A stretch of 21,023 bases of DNA from Octopus sinensis (lineage: Eukaryota), in contig NW_021823828.1 in the NCBI RefSeq assembly GCF_006345805.1, positions 1 to 21,023 of the forward strand, in the 5' to 3' direction. Positions within the stretch are counted from its first letter, which is position 1, and every line of letters starts with the position of its first letter. A program made the translations under genes and the position numbers. Below, in pieces: positions 19,570 to 21,023 of the stretch. The notes under the pieces were generated by a model. The model was not told where the DNA came from. It saw nothing but the letters and a program-made list of their open reading frames with translations, and searched no databases.

Positions 19570-20615
19570 CAGCCACCCAACCAGCCAGCTACCAACCACC
19601 TTCTCCCTTCTTCACCACTATACCACCAACCTTTCCGCCTTCCTTCGAACTACTTCCACGAAGACCACGGCTACCAAGACGACTACCACCACCTCCACCA
19701 CCCCCACCATCATCACCTCTACTGACGACAACAACAACAACAACAGTAGCAATAAAAACAACAACTTCCATCACATCTACTACCATCGAAACTACCACAA
19801 CCACCACCATCAGAACCAACCAGTACCACTGCAAATGTTACCTACACCAACATGAACAACACCACTACAACCATCACCATTACCACAATCACCATTACCA
19901 CAATCACCACCACTACAACCACCACCATTACCACCACCATCACTACTAACACTACAATTACCAACTCATCTACTACGACCACCACCGCCACCTCCACAAC
20001 TACCAACATCACCACCACTACTGCCACAACCACAAATGCCCCCGCCACCACTATCATCAACAACAACAACAATCACCGCTATGTGCATCAACATCATTGC
20101 CACCACCACCACCACCACCACCACCACCCCACCACCACCATCACCAACACCACCCCACCACACCATACCACCAACACCACCACCACCAACAACCACCGCC
20201 AACACCACCCAACAAAACCAATGCACACATACAACACCACCACCACCACCACCAACCACCACACCACCGCCACCACCACCACCACCATCACCACCACCAC
20301 CACCACCATACCACCAACACCACCACCAACAACAACAACAACAACAACACCACTACCACTACAATCGTCACCATTACTATCAACACCATTCCGACCACCA
20401 CCACAGCTACCACAACTAGAACTGTCACCACTGCCATCAACGCCACATCTATCACAACCACCACTACTACTACTACCACCGCCGCCACCACCACCACCAC
20501 CTAAACTTCTACCCCTAGCATTACTACCATCACACAAACTGCCACTACTACTGCCTTCCTTCCCAGCCACAACCACAATCACAACCGCTTCCTACCACGA
20601 CCACCACCACCTCTA
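19570..20615. repeat. About 1 kb degenerate (ACC)n/(AAC)n/(ACT)n trinucleotide low-complexity tract
   Basis: Directly visible. It generates poly-T/H/P ORFs on plus and poly-V/G ORFs on minus in all frames. Confidence 0.95.
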
Positions 20616-20751
20616 CCCTTCAGTCCTACCGTCTTCAGCACCGCGAAGGGAACATGCTCTCACGTGACCTCTGAACTGTGGATGTAGAGAGAGAATTAGG
20701 TATTAACTCTATAAATCAAACATCACATGAATGAACTTGACAACCAGAAAC

Positions 20752-21000
20752 TGGTGGGTGGGTGTGTGTGTGTGTATTTGTGTGTGTGTGTGTGTGTGTG
20801 TATTTGTGTGTGTGTGTGTGTGTGTGTATTTCTTTGCGTGTTTGAGTGTGTGTGTGTGTGTTGGTGTGTTTGTGTGTGTATTTGTGTGTGTATTTCTTTG
20901 CGTGTTTGAGTGTGTGTGTGTGTGTTGGTGTGTGTGTGTGTGTATTTGTGTGTGTATTTCTTTGCGTGTTTGAGCGTGTGTGTGTGTGCTTGTGAGCGCG
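20752..21000. repeat. (GT)n-rich array with a 64-bp higher-order period
   Basis: The identical 20-mer TATTTCTTTGCGTGTTTGAG starts at 20827, 20891 and 20955. Confidence 0.93.
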
Positions 21001-21023
21001 CGTATGAGTAACAGTTATGTGTG

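Noticed and set aside
19852-20667. 271-aa Thr/His/Pro-rich ORF (mucin-like appearance) and overlapping poly-V/G ORFs
   Set aside because: It lies in a stop-free trinucleotide tract that is open in all frames. Residue runs switch among T, H and P as the repeat phase slips, and there is no signal peptide, domain or splice support.

Overview
This is AT-rich, microsatellite-dense eukaryotic non-coding DNA (intronic or intergenic). The SINE and microsatellite repertoire resembles what I recall from octopus (coleoid cephalopod) genomes; this is recall, not a database search. I find no intact protein-coding gene, tRNA, rRNA or CRISPR array, and nearly all long ORFs in the track are microsatellite or low-complexity artefacts. 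The window is a layered collection of mobile-element relics: a mariner transposase remnant, a roughly 3 kb piggyBac (PGBD2/3-like) relic, an RTE-clade LINE 3' fragment, a non-autonomous Helitron, at least six dispersed tRNA-derived SINE copies or fragments, and Penelope-like repeat ends carrying hammerhead-like motifs. The most unusual structures are: (i) a 956-bp head-to-tail SINE pentamer with only one complete promoter head, bounded by one 17-bp target-site duplication inside the piggyBac ORF; (ii) a near-complete minimal hammerhead ribozyme motif at 2256-2311 on the minus strand; (iii) a 194-bp foldback with about 90-bp arms; and (iv) a roughly 500-bp non-coding insert made of a chain of short hairpins. 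None of these demonstrates a new biological system from sequence alone; they are candidates to test.
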